Assembly (NCBI GenBank): GCA_964425395.1
Contig: CAYRNG010000155.1
Location: 1-40,316, forward strand
Direction: 5' to 3'
DNA length: 40,316 bases
Origin: an uncultured Candidatus Kuenenia sp.
GTDB taxonomy: Bacteria > Planctomycetota > Planctomycetia > Pirellulales > UBA1268
The notes below the pieces were generated by a model. That model ran no database searches, was not told the origin of the DNA, and was given only the letters and a program-made list of their open reading frames with translations. The translations under genes were made by a program, and so were the position numbers. Positions 1 to 9,331 of this stretch are shown in pieces (within the stretch, counting starts at the first letter, position 1; every line of letters begins with the position of its first letter).

Positions 1-1
1 C

Positions 2-1699
2 ATGCCGCCCCCTTCCACCGCCGAAGCCCTGTCGCCGGCCGACGAGGATCTGCTCGCCGAGCTCGTGGAGGCCCTCTCGGAGTCCCGGGGCACCGCGGCG
101 CTCGCCCTCCTCGAGCGGCAGGTCGCCGCCCACCCCCGGCTAGCCGGCCAACTGCGGGAGCTGTTTGCCACGATCTCGATGGCCGAGGCGGTGGCGGAGG
201 AATCGACGATCCTCGAGCGGCAGGATGGTCCGCGGCCCGGCCCGGCCTCGAGCCAGCCGCTGCCGGTCGAGCCGGGCGGCTTCGTGCCGGGGGTCACGCC
301 CCTGCCGGCCTCGTTCGACGACTATGAGCTCCTCGAAGAACTCGGCCGCGGCGGGATGGGCGTCGTCTACCGGGCCCGGCAAAAGAGCCTCGCCCGGACG
401 GTGGCCGTCAAGATGCTCCTCCGCCGCGACCTCGCCACGGCCGCCGACCTGAGCCGGTTTCAGAGCGAGGCCGAGGCGGCCGCCCGGCTCGACCACCCGG
501 GCATCGTCTCGATCTTCGAGGTCGGCGAGTGCGGCGGCCATCCCTTCTACAGCATGCGGTTCATCGAGGGGACGACCTTTGCCAAGCGGCTGGCGAGCGG
601 TCCGGTTCCCCCCCGCGAGGCGGCCGCGATCCTGGTGCAGGTGGCCGAGGCGGTCGATGCCGCCCACCGGCGGGGCGTGCTCCATCGCGACCTCAAGCCC
701 TCCAACATCCTGATCGACTCCTCCGGCACGCCGCACGTCTCCGACTTCGGCCTGGCCAAGCGGATCGAGGAGGATCAGGACGTGACCCACACCGGGGCGA
801 TCCTCGGCACGCCTTGCTACATGTCGCCTGAGCAGGCCGCCGGCAGCCGCGGCGACGTGGGGCCGACGAGCGACGTCTGGAGCCTGGGGGCGATCCTCTA
901 TCAGACGCTCACCGGCCGGCCGCCGTTCCAAGCCGCCAACCCCATGGACACGCTCCTGGCCGTGCTCGAGAGCGACCCGCCCGTGCCCCGCTCGCTCGAC
1001 CCGGCGGTGGACCGGGATCTCGAACTGATCGCGCTCAAGAGCCTGCAGAAGCCGCAGGAACTCCGCTATGCGTCGGCCGCGGCCCTGGCCGGCGACCTGC
1101 GGGCCTTCCTGGCCGGCGAGCCGGTGGCGGCCCGGCGGGGCGGCTTGGGCGAGATCGTGGCCCGGCTGTTCCGCGAGACCCACCATGCCACGGTGCTCGA
1201 AAACTGGGGCCTGCTCTGGATGTGGCACTCGGTCGTGATCCTCACGCTCTGCGTGGTGACCGACGTGCTCTTCTGGCAGGGGGTCGTGAGCCGCTGGCCC
1301 TACATGGTGCTCTGGGGGGGCGGCCTGGCGGTCTGGGCGCCGATCTTCTGGGCGCTAAGGCATCGAGCCGGCCCGGTGACTGCCGTCGAGCGGCAGATCG
1401 CCCACATCTGGGGCGGCAGCGTGATCGCCAGCGTGCTGCTCTTCTGGGTGGAGGGCCTCTTAGAGCTCCCCGTGCTGACGCTCTCGCCGGTGCTCGCGCT
1501 CCTGGCCGGCCTCGTCTTCTTCGCCAAGGCCGGCATCCTCTCGGGCGCCTTCTACGTGCAGGCGGCAGTGCTCTTCGGCACGGCCCTGGTAATGTGCCTC
1601 GTGCCGGCCTGGCAGCACGTGATCTTCGGGATCGTCAGCGGCCTCTGCTTCTTCGTGCCAGGGCTCAAGTATTACCGCCAGCGGGGTCGGGCCGAGTGA
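2..1699 (+). CDS. Serine/threonine protein kinase (Hanks type) with C-terminal polytopic membrane domain
   Basis: Kinase motifs are present: GRGGMGVVYRA (G-loop), VAVK, HRDLKPSNIL, DFGLA and SPEQ. The last ~170 aa contain 5-6 hydrophobic helices. The ATG is at position 2, so upstream context is missing and the true N-terminus could lie outside the window. Confidence 0.9.
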   Translation: MPPPSTAEALSPADEDLLAELVEALSESRGTAALALLERQVAAHPRLAGQLRELFATISMAEAVAEESTILERQDGPRPGPASSQPLPVEPGGFVPGVTPLPASFDDYELLEELGRGGMGVVYRARQKSLARTVAVKMLLRRDLATAADLSRFQSEAEAAARLDHPGIVSIFEVGECGGHPFYSMRFIEGTTFAKRLASGPVPPREAAAILVQVAEAVDAAHRRGVLHRDLKPSNILIDSSGTPHVSDFGLAKRIEEDQDVTHTGAILGTPCYMSPEQAAGSRGDVGPTSDVWSLGAILYQTLTGRPPFQAANPMDTLLAVLESDPPVPRSLDPAVDRDLELIALKSLQKPQELRYASAAALAGDLRAFLAGEPVAARRGGLGEIVARLFRETHHATVLENWGLLWMWHSVVILTLCVVTDVLFWQGVVSRWPYMVLWGGGLAVWAPIFWALRHRAGPVTAVERQIAHIWGGSVIASVLLFWVEGLLELPVLTLSPVLALLAGLVFFAKAGILSGAFYVQAAVLFGTALVMCLVPAWQHVIFGIVSGLCFFVPGLKYYRQRGRAE

Positions 1700-2994
1700 A
1701 TCGCGGGTTCCTGATCACGCGAGGCGATGGAACCCCGTGCGGTCTCGTGTTCTGCTGTTCGATGATGATCCTCTGGGCGGTTGGTCCGGGGGTTGTGGCG
1801 GCTGGCGACTGGCCGCAGATCCTGGGCCCGCGGCGGGATGGGCAGGCGGCGGCCGATGAGCGGCTGGCTCGGGCCTGGCCCGCCGCGGGGCCGCCAGTGA
1901 TCTGGGAGCGGAAGGTGGGGGCAGGCTATGCGGGCCTCGCCGTGGCAGCCGGGCGGGCCTACCTGTTTCACCGGGTCGCCGACCGCGAGCTCGTCGAGGC
2001 CTTGGACGCGGCGACGGGCGGGGTTGTCTGGAAGGATGCGGGCCACCCGACCCGGTTTCGGCCCCAGGTTGGGGGTGGCGACGGGCCCCTCTGCACGCCG
2101 GTTGTGGCGGGTGACCGGGTGATCGTGCTGGGGGCCGCCGGCACGCTCGCCTGCCTCGATGCCACGACGGGCCGGCGGCAGTGGGTGCGGGAGACCCACC
2201 GCGACTTCGCCGCCCCCGAAGGCTATTTCGGCGCGGGCGCCACACCCCTGGTCGTCGCCGACCGCGTGATCGTGAACGTCGGCGGAGCCAAACAGCAGGC
2301 CGGCCTCGTGGCCTTCGACCTGGCCAGCGGAGAGACGGTCTGGCAGACGCTCGCCGATGCGGCGAGCTACTCGGCGCCGGTGGCGGTCGAGGTGGAAGGC
2401 AAGCCCCACGTGCTGGCCGTGACCCGGCTGGCATGCCTGCTCGTCGACGCCGCGACGGGTGAGATTCGCTGGCAGTTTCCCTTCGGCCAGCGGGGCCCGA
2501 CGGTGAATGCCTCCACGCCCGTCCTCTTTGCCGCCAACCGCCTGCTTGTGACCGCGGCCTACGGGATCGGCACGGTCTCTGCCAGCTTCGACGGCCAGGG
2601 GGCCACGCCGGTCTGGGAGGGCGTCGATTCCCTCGCCACGCAGTACTGCACGCCGCTCGCGGTGGCCGGCCATCTCTACGCGATCGACGGCCGCGACGAC
2701 ATGCCCCCGGCCGACTTCAAGTGCCTCGACCCGGCGACAGGCCGCGTCCTCTGGACGGAGCGAAACTTCGGCTACGGCACGCTCATCGCGGCCGACGGCA
2801 GGCTCATCGTGGCGAAGACCGACGGTGAGCTTCTGCTCGTCGAGCCCGACCCGGCGGCTCTCACGATCCTGGCCCGCTCGCGGCCGTTCGGCAGCGAACA
2901 GGCCGGAGCCCTGCGGGCTCTGCCGGCCCTCGCTGCCGGTCAGCTCTACCTCCGCGACGACCGGCGGCTCGTCTGCCTCGCGGTCGGCCTGTGA
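1696..2994 (+). CDS. Secreted PQQ-like (BamB-like) beta-propeller repeat protein
   Basis: An in-frame GTG at 1696 overlaps the kinase stop (GTGA). An alternative ATG lies at 1762. A signal-like segment CGLVFCCSMMILWAVGPGVVAA is followed by DWPQILGPRRDG and repeated blades (A.DA.TG...W). The part of track ORF 1222..2994 upstream of 1696 overlaps the kinase out of frame and was discarded. Confidence 0.8.
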   Translation: MNRGFLITRGDGTPCGLVFCCSMMILWAVGPGVVAAGDWPQILGPRRDGQAAADERLARAWPAAGPPVIWERKVGAGYAGLAVAAGRAYLFHRVADRELVEALDAATGGVVWKDAGHPTRFRPQVGGGDGPLCTPVVAGDRVIVLGAAGTLACLDATTGRRQWVRETHRDFAAPEGYFGAGATPLVVADRVIVNVGGAKQQAGLVAFDLASGETVWQTLADAASYSAPVAVEVEGKPHVLAVTRLACLLVDAATGEIRWQFPFGQRGPTVNASTPVLFAANRLLVTAAYGIGTVSASFDGQGATPVWEGVDSLATQYCTPLAVAGHLYAIDGRDDMPPADFKCLDPATGRVLWTERNFGYGTLIAADGRLIVAKTDGELLLVEPDPAALTILARSRPFGSEQAGALRALPALAAGQLYLRDDRRLVCLAVGL

Positions 2995-3016
2995 CTTCGG
3001 CCACGGCCGTGGGGCG

Positions 3017-3616
3017 TCAGGGTCGCGGCGCGAAGAGTGACTCGACGGCCAGCACCGCCTCGGGTCGGGCCAGCGGCGTGATCGATTCACCGCGGCCGGC
3101 CACGCGGTGCTCGGCATAGGCAAGCGACCCCGGCCGCCGCAGGAGGTGCACGATTTCGGCGGCGGCATCGACCACCCAGTAGTCCGGCACGCCACCGGCG
3201 GCGTAGACCGCGGCCTTCTCGCCGAGGTCATGCTGGAGGCTCGTTTCAGCCACTTCGATCACGAGCAGGGCATCGGCTGCGTCGGGCCGCCGGGCCGCAT
3301 AGTCCCGCGGCTCTACCCAGGCGACGTCGGGCTGCGGCACGCTCTGCCGACCGGGAATGCCGAGCGACTGCTGGATGCGGACGCGGGCCTCATCCTGGGG
3401 CAGACATCGAAAGCTCCAGGCGGTCAGCCGGTCCACGATCTCCTCGTGCCGCGAGCCGATCGGGCTCATCATGACGATCTCTCCCTCGATGAGTTCGACC
3501 CGCGGCGGCTCCGCCAGCAGGTCGCCCGCGGCCGGGGGCCGGGCGAACACGCCGGCCTCGATCATCAGGTCGTATTGCCCGATCGTGAACTTGAGCGTGG
3601 GAGTCGCGGTGGCCAT
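3017..3616 (-). CDS. Uma2 family (DUF820) PD-(D/E)XK-type endonuclease
   Basis: 199-aa ORF with ATG at 3616. It shows the family pattern YDLMIEAGVF...ELIEGEIVMMSPIGSRHEE...LVIEVAETS...YAAGGVPDYWVVD. Confidence 0.85.
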   Translation of the reverse strand: MATATPTLKFTIGQYDLMIEAGVFARPPAAGDLLAEPPRVELIEGEIVMMSPIGSRHEEIVDRLTAWSFRCLPQDEARVRIQQSLGIPGRQSVPQPDVAWVEPRDYAARRPDAADALLVIEVAETSLQHDLGEKAAVYAAGGVPDYWVVDAAAEIVHLLRRPGSLAYAEHRVAGRGESITPLARPEAVLAVESLFAPRP

Positions 3617-3700
3617 GGGAAGCGTGGGGGGTTGGTGGCACAGCGGCCAGCGGGAACTGGCGGAACGTCACGACAGATATATACGCGGGTACACGTGCCG

Positions 3701-4120
3701 TCAACCCTTGAGCGAGTCGGCCCCGAAGGGCCGGGGCAGGAAGTCGGCCAGCAGGAAGGAGCCCCGGCCGTCGATCTCGATCTCCGTCTCGGCCGTGCCG
3801 AACTCGGCGATCACCTGCAGGCAGGCGCCGCAAGGGGCGATTTTTGCGACGAGCTCGCCGTCCCGGTCGCGGCAGGTGAGGGCCACCCGCACAAGCCGGC
3901 GGCCCCCGGCCGCGACGCCGGCACAGATCGCCGCCCGCTCGGCGCAGATCGTGAGGCCGTAGGAGCCGTTCTCGACGTTGGCCCCGGGATGCGGCCCGGC
4001 GGTCTCGGCGAACACGACCGCCGCCCCGACCCGCCAGCCCGAATAGGGCGAATACGCATGCTCCGCCGCCTCCCGGGCAAGGGCGAGGAGATCGCTCGAC
4101 GCTGGCAGCTGATTGGGCAT
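3701..4120 (-). CDS. cdd: Cytidine deaminase
   Basis: Start re-set to the ATG at 4120 (MPNQLP...), giving 139 aa. Zinc-ligand motifs CAERAAI and PCGACLQ are present. The upstream 121 codons of track ORF 3701..4483 overlap upp antisense and look spurious. Confidence 0.9.
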   Translation of the reverse strand: MPNQLPASSDLLALAREAAEHAYSPYSGWRVGAAVVFAETAGPHPGANVENGSYGLTICAERAAICAGVAAGGRRLVRVALTCRDRDGELVAKIAPCGACLQVIAEFGTAETEIEIDGRGSFLLADFLPRPFGADSLKG

Positions 4121-4180
4121 CAAAGGTCTAGTATAGGGCGGGCTTTTTGGGGACGGTCCCCTGGGTCCGCGGCGGTTATC

Positions 4181-4825
4181 ATGCCGTCCATGCCATCCGT
4201 CCACCTCTCGACGCATCCGCTCGTCGCCCACCATGTCTGCACGCTCCGCAATCCGGCCACGCAGCCGTCGGAGTTTCGCCGGGTCGTGCGGCAGCTGACG
4301 GGGCTGGTGGCCGTGGAGGCCACCGCCGGCCTGCCCAGCCGCGAGGTCCGCGTGCCCACGCCCCTGGGCGAGGCGGCCGGCCGCACGCTCGCCGACCGGA
4401 TCGCAATCGTGCCGATCCTCCGGGCCGGCCTGGGGATGGCCGACGGCCTCCTGGAACTCATCCCCGACGCCGAGGTCTGGCACGTGGGGCTGTACCGCGA
4501 CGAGGTCACGCTTCAGCCCAAGGAGTACTACAACAAGCTGCCCAAGAAGCTCGACGCCAGCGTGGCGATCGTCGTCGATCCGATGCTCGCCACCGGCGGC
4601 TCGGCCGTCCGCACCTGCGAGATCCTCCGGGCCGTCGGCATCCCGCGGATCGTGTTTCTGGCCCTGATCGCCTCGCCCCAGGGCGTGGAAGCGCTAGCCG
4701 CCGCCATCCCCGATGTGGCGATCCACGTGGCGGCCCTCGACGAGGGGCTCAACGATTCGGGCTACATCGTGCCCGGCCTCGGCGACGCCGGCGACCGGCA
4801 GTTCGGCACGGTACCGGCTGAGTGA
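4181..4825 (+). CDS. upp: Uracil phosphoribosyltransferase
   Basis: Start re-set to the ATG at 4181 (a second ATG lies at 4190), giving 214 aa. It has the PRPP loop VVDPMLATGGS and the uracil-binding end YIVPGLGDAGDRQFGT. It is divergent from cdd across a 60-bp gap. Confidence 0.92.
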   Translation: MPSMPSVHLSTHPLVAHHVCTLRNPATQPSEFRRVVRQLTGLVAVEATAGLPSREVRVPTPLGEAAGRTLADRIAIVPILRAGLGMADGLLELIPDAEVWHVGLYRDEVTLQPKEYYNKLPKKLDASVAIVVDPMLATGGSAVRTCEILRAVGIPRIVFLALIASPQGVEALAAAIPDVAIHVAALDEGLNDSGYIVPGLGDAGDRQFGTVPAE

Positions 4826-4874
4826 GCGGCCGCCGGCCGCGAGCCCCGGGCGGAATCCAGGAGCAAGCCACACG

Positions 4875-6185
4875 ATGCGAGCCGTCGATCTGATTCGCCG
4901 CAAGCGGGACGGCGGGGAACTCTCCCGCGCCGAGATCACGTTCTTGGTCGAGGGGCTCACCGACGGTGTCGTGCCCACCTACCAGTGGGCGGCGCTGGCG
5001 ATGGCGATCCTCTGGCGGGGGATGACGCCGGAGGAGACCGCCGGACTCGTGGAGGCGATGCTCCATTCGGGGACGGTGCTGGATCTCTCCGACATCCCCG
5101 GCCCCAAGGTAGACAAGCACTCGACCGGTGGCGTGGGGGACAAGACGAGCCTGATCCTCGCGCCCGTCGCCGCGGCCTGCGGCGTGACCGTGCCGATGGT
5201 CTCCGGTCGCGGCCTGGGCCACACCGGCGGCACGCTCGACAAGCTCGAGAGCATTCCCGGCTTCCGAATCGACCTCGACCTGGCGGCCTACCGTCGCGTG
5301 GCCCGCGAGTGCGGCCTGGTGCTGATTGGCCAGACCGCCGAGATCGCCCCGGCTGACCGGGTGCTCTACGCCCTTCGCGACGCCACGGCCACCGTCGAAA
5401 GCATCCCGCTGATCACGGCCTCGATCCTCTCCAAGAAGCTCGCCGAGGGGATCGACGCCCTCGTGCTCGACGTCAAGTGTGGCGCCGGCGCCTTCATGAG
5501 CCGGATCGAAGACGCCCGGGCTCTGGCCGAGAGCATGACGCGAATCGGCCGGGCCCTCGGCAAGCCGGTGCAGGCGATCCTCACGAGCATGGATGCGCCG
5601 CTGGGCCGGACGGTGGGCAACGCGCTCGAGGTTTCGGAATGTGTCGCCTGCCTTCAGGGCGCTGGGCCGGACGACCTGATGGAGGTGTCGCTGGAACTGG
5701 CCGCCGAGATGCTGCTCTTGGGCGGCGTGGCCGGGCACCGCGATGAGGCCCTCGCCCGCTGCCGCCGCGTGATCGCCGACGGCTCGGCCCTCGAGCGGTT
5801 TCGCCGGGTCGTGATCGCCCAGGGGGGCGACGGCCGGGTCTGCGACGAGCCCGAGCAGGTGCTGCCCCGCGCTGAGTGCATGGAGATCGTGCGGGCCGAG
5901 CGGAGCGGCCACGTGCACGAACTCCAGGCCTTCGCCGTGGGGCAGGCCTCGATGCTCCTGGGGGCCGGCCGGCGGACGGCCGAGGACGGGGTCGATCCCG
6001 CGGCGGGGATCGTGCTCAAGCACGCCATCGGCGACCGGGTGGCCGCCGGCGACGTGCTCGCCGAGTTGCATTTCAACCCCGCGTATGCCGCGGCGGTGGC
6101 GGAGGCCGTGACGCTGTTCCGCGGCGCTGTCACGATCGCCGATGGTCTGCCCGCACGCAGGCCGCTGGTGCTCGAGCGACGATGA
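4875..6185 (+). CDS. deoA: Thymidine / pyrimidine-nucleoside phosphorylase
   Basis: Start re-set to the ATG at 4875 (MRAVDLIRRKRDG), giving 436 aa. Motifs DKHSTGGVGDK and SGRGLGHTGGTLDKLESIPGF are present. Confidence 0.9.
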   Translation: MRAVDLIRRKRDGGELSRAEITFLVEGLTDGVVPTYQWAALAMAILWRGMTPEETAGLVEAMLHSGTVLDLSDIPGPKVDKHSTGGVGDKTSLILAPVAAACGVTVPMVSGRGLGHTGGTLDKLESIPGFRIDLDLAAYRRVARECGLVLIGQTAEIAPADRVLYALRDATATVESIPLITASILSKKLAEGIDALVLDVKCGAGAFMSRIEDARALAESMTRIGRALGKPVQAILTSMDAPLGRTVGNALEVSECVACLQGAGPDDLMEVSLELAAEMLLLGGVAGHRDEALARCRRVIADGSALERFRRVVIAQGGDGRVCDEPEQVLPRAECMEIVRAERSGHVHELQAFAVGQASMLLGAGRRTAEDGVDPAAGIVLKHAIGDRVAAGDVLAELHFNPAYAAAVAEAVTLFRGAVTIADGLPARRPLVLERR

Positions 6186-6452
6186 CCGGGCTGGCGACCG
6201 CTTTCGCCGCTTGGCGGTTGCATGTTCTACCAGCCGGTTCTTGGGGCAGTCGTGCGGAGTCGGCGCGGGGCGATCATGATGGCGTGGACACGCATGGCAG
6301 ATGCTCCTGGACCTGAGACGATTCCTTCAAGCGCACCCCGGATCTTCCAGGATTACCCGGGCCCGAACACTCGATTGACCGAAACCGGTCGCCCCGCCGA
6401 CCGGAAAACGCAGCCCCGATGCGTCATAATCCATCCCGAGAGGAGCATCCGC

Positions 6453-7499
6453 ATGGCGTCCGACATCGAGCGGCAGATCGAATTCGACTTTCTCCGAGCC
6501 ACGGAGATCGCCGCGCTCAACACGCTCCAGTGGCTCGGCAAGGGCAACAAGGAGGCCGCCGATGCGGCCGCCTGCGATGCCATCCGCGGCATGTTCGACC
6601 TCGTGGACATGTGCGGCGAGATCACGATCGGTGAGGGGATCAAGGACGAGGCTCCCGGACTCTTCCGGGGAGAGCGTGTGGGCACCTGGCGGGAGGGGGC
6701 CCCGCGGTTCGAGATCGCGCTCGATCCGATCGACGGCACGACGAACGTCGCCAAGGGCATGCCCAACTCCCTGGCCTGCATCGCCGCGGCCCAGGTCACC
6801 GACGGCGACCGCGGCTGCCTCGCCGACATCCCCGCCTTCTACATGCAGAAGCTCGCCTATCCGCTGGCGGTGCGGAAGGCCTGGGCGGCCGACCCGAGCC
6901 TGCCGATCGACATCGACGCGCCGTTGAACGACGTGATCGCCGTGACGGCACGGATTCTCGGCAAGGAGGTGCGGGACGTCGTGGTGAGCGTGCTCGACCG
7001 CCCGCGGAACGAGCCGTTCATCGAGGAGGTGCGGCGGACCGGGGCGGCGCTGCGGATGATCCAGGACGGCGACATCGCCGCGGCCCTCGCCCCGGCCCTG
7101 CGGACGAGCAGCATCGACCTTTATGTCGGGATCGGTGGCACGCCGGAGGCGGTGCTCGCGGCCGCCGGACTGCGGTGCCTCGGCGGCGGCATGCGGGCGA
7201 AGATCTGGCCCCGCGACGAGGCGGAGCGGCAGCGGCTGGTCAGTCTTGGCTGGCGCGACCAGCTCGACACCCAGTTCGTGTCTCGCGATCTCGCCCGCGG
7301 CGACAGCCTCATCTTCGTGGCCACGGGCATCAGCACCGGCCCGCTCATCAAGGGCGTGGAGGTCCGCGGGTCGGTGGCCCTGACGTACTCGGTGATCATG
7401 CGGGCCAAGAGCGGCACGGTGCGATTCGTCGAGGCCCACCACGACCTCGACCGCAAGACGATCCACCTCAGAAGCACCCGGGCCGAGCGCCGGGTGTGA
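6453..7499 (+). CDS. glpX: Class II fructose-1,6-bisphosphatase (GlpX type)
   Basis: Start re-set to the ATG at 6453, preceded by GAGAGGAG, giving 348 aa. GlpX pattern: FLRATEIAAL...GKGNKEAADAAA...ALDPIDGTTNVAKG...GIGGTPE. Confidence 0.9.
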   Translation: MASDIERQIEFDFLRATEIAALNTLQWLGKGNKEAADAAACDAIRGMFDLVDMCGEITIGEGIKDEAPGLFRGERVGTWREGAPRFEIALDPIDGTTNVAKGMPNSLACIAAAQVTDGDRGCLADIPAFYMQKLAYPLAVRKAWAADPSLPIDIDAPLNDVIAVTARILGKEVRDVVVSVLDRPRNEPFIEEVRRTGAALRMIQDGDIAAALAPALRTSSIDLYVGIGGTPEAVLAAAGLRCLGGGMRAKIWPRDEAERQRLVSLGWRDQLDTQFVSRDLARGDSLIFVATGISTGPLIKGVEVRGSVALTYSVIMRAKSGTVRFVEAHHDLDRKTIHLRSTRAERRV

Positions 7500-7548
7500 T
7501 TCTGGTACCACAGCGACAGTCGACTGCGGGCGGATCGTCGCCCCTGGC

Positions 7549-9126
7549 CTAGGACCGGGCCGGCGACCGCCTGCGTCGCTTGGGGGCGGCCTGTTCCGCC
7601 GGCCGGTCCTTGTCCGTGGGCCGGCCCGGCTTCGCCTGCCGGGGGCCGGGCGCGGCCGCCGTGCCGGCCACCACGTCCTTGAGATCGTCGCCGTCGGCGA
7701 GCAGAAAGTTTGCGAACTGCCAGGTCGCGTCGGGATCATCGCCGCGGCGGGCCGCGGCGGTGCGGGCCGGGGGCCGCCAGTCGCTCCTCGTCGAGACAAA
7801 CTCGCCGAGGTAGGGCCGGGCCACCTCGAGAATCTCGTCGTGGGGCAGGTCGTCGGGCACGAGCAGGCCGCGGGCGGGGTTTTTGATCATCCACCGGATC
7901 GCCGCCACCGCCGAGATCGCCACCTGCATGGTGGTCGCGTTCTGGCCCGGCACCAGCCGCCGGCTCTCCTCGATCGAGAGGATCGAGCCGCACCACCAGG
8001 CCCCCAGGGGATGGCCCATCACCAGCGCCCCCAGGATGTCGGCCCCGGCGACGATCTCGTCGTCCATGATCCGCTCCCGCGACTGGATCTCGTACTCCCG
8101 GCCCCGCAGCTCCCAGAGCGAGGCCAGGGCCGCATCGCAGGGGCAATAGGCGTAGTGCATCGTGGGGCGGTAGACGGCCCGGCCCTCCTCCCAGACGGTG
8201 AGGTGGTCGGTGATCGTGAAGGCCTCGCCGTGGCGGACCACCATCCCCACGATCGGCCCGCCCGGCACCCAGCTGGCCACCTGCGTGTTGATGCCCATCC
8301 GGGCCAGGCAGATCTGGCCGCCGGGGCCGGTGGTGTGTTCGGAGGCAAAGGCGGGGAGCTCCCGCTCGTGGGTCCCCCAGCCGAGCTCGGCGGTCATCGT
8401 GCCCTCCTCCCGGAAGCCCTCCACGCTCCAGGTGTTGACGAACTCGTCCACCTCCTTGGGGCGGCTGCCGATCTGGGTGTCTCGCTCGCTGCAGTGGATC
8501 ACCTTCACGCCCAGTTCCCGGGCCAGGTGATTGAACTGCCGGTCCGCTGCATGGGCGGCGATCCGCTCGGCCTGCGGGCCGGAAACCAGGCTCTCTTCCC
8601 GGCAGGCCGCGGCGATGTTGAGCAGGGCCTGCTTCGTGAAGTGGCTGATCAGCCCCGGATTGGCTCCGTGCTCGACCACGGCCGTGGGGCCGGGCTGCCG
8701 CCAGCCGGCCTGGACGTCGCGAAGCCGCATGTGACGGGCGTAGAGCGTCAGCTCCGTGGGGTGGGTGCCGGGGGGAAAGTCGTAGGGATCCCAGAGCTCG
8801 ACGGCGGTGTTGACATACATCACGCCCCGGCCGTGGCACCAGTCGAGGAGGGCGGCCGTGTCGATGTTCCAGGCCAGGTCCACGAGCAGGTCGCCGGCGG
8901 AGAGCCGCTCGGCGAGGATCCGGTCGAGCGAGTCGGGGGCGATCCGGTCGAGGACGAAGTTCACCCCCCGGGCGAGCCAGGGGGCCAGGAGCCGCTCGTC
9001 CGGGGCGAAGTCGATGATCGTGACCCGGTGCGGGGGGATGGCCACGTGCTCAAGCAGAATTGGCAGCGTGCAGCGGGCCACCGAGCCAAAGCCAATGAAC
9101 ACGATCCGATTGGGAAAGGCGAGCAT
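7549..9126 (-). CDS. hss: Homospermidine synthase (saccharopine dehydrogenase-like) with basic C-terminal tail
   Basis: 525 aa. Rossmann start IVFIGFGSVARCTLPIL, then LVDLAWNIDT, YVNTAVELWDPY and WQFANFLL. The family call is from my memory of HSS sequences. The last ~45 aa are a Pro/Lys/Arg-rich tail. Confidence 0.8.
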   Translation of the reverse strand: MLAFPNRIVFIGFGSVARCTLPILLEHVAIPPHRVTIIDFAPDERLLAPWLARGVNFVLDRIAPDSLDRILAERLSAGDLLVDLAWNIDTAALLDWCHGRGVMYVNTAVELWDPYDFPPGTHPTELTLYARHMRLRDVQAGWRQPGPTAVVEHGANPGLISHFTKQALLNIAAACREESLVSGPQAERIAAHAADRQFNHLARELGVKVIHCSERDTQIGSRPKEVDEFVNTWSVEGFREEGTMTAELGWGTHERELPAFASEHTTGPGGQICLARMGINTQVASWVPGGPIVGMVVRHGEAFTITDHLTVWEEGRAVYRPTMHYAYCPCDAALASLWELRGREYEIQSRERIMDDEIVAGADILGALVMGHPLGAWWCGSILSIEESRRLVPGQNATTMQVAISAVAAIRWMIKNPARGLLVPDDLPHDEILEVARPYLGEFVSTRSDWRPPARTAAARRGDDPDATWQFANFLLADGDDLKDVVAGTAAAPGPRQAKPGRPTDKDRPAEQAAPKRRRRSPARS

Positions 9127-9331
9127 GCATGCACTCCGGGGAGGAACCCTTCCGGGGGCGGGCCAGTGGCCGGCAAAAGATGAAGAATCGGTAAGAATAC
9201 CAGAAAACCGGCCGCCAGGCGGGGCTTTGCCCGCGTGGGCTCTTGCCGAACCAAGCGGCGGGCCCGGAACCCGCGGGCTCCCGTTTCTGTACGCTTGTCG
9301 CTTCAGGGACCTCTGTCAGTTGGGACGTCGC

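Noticed and set aside
6385-6404. Hairpin CCGGTCG-CCCCGC-CGACCGG in the 267-nt deoA-glpX gap as a terminator
   Set aside because: The stem is 7 bp with no downstream U-tract on the plus strand, and it lies 200 nt after the deoA stop. This is too weak to call.
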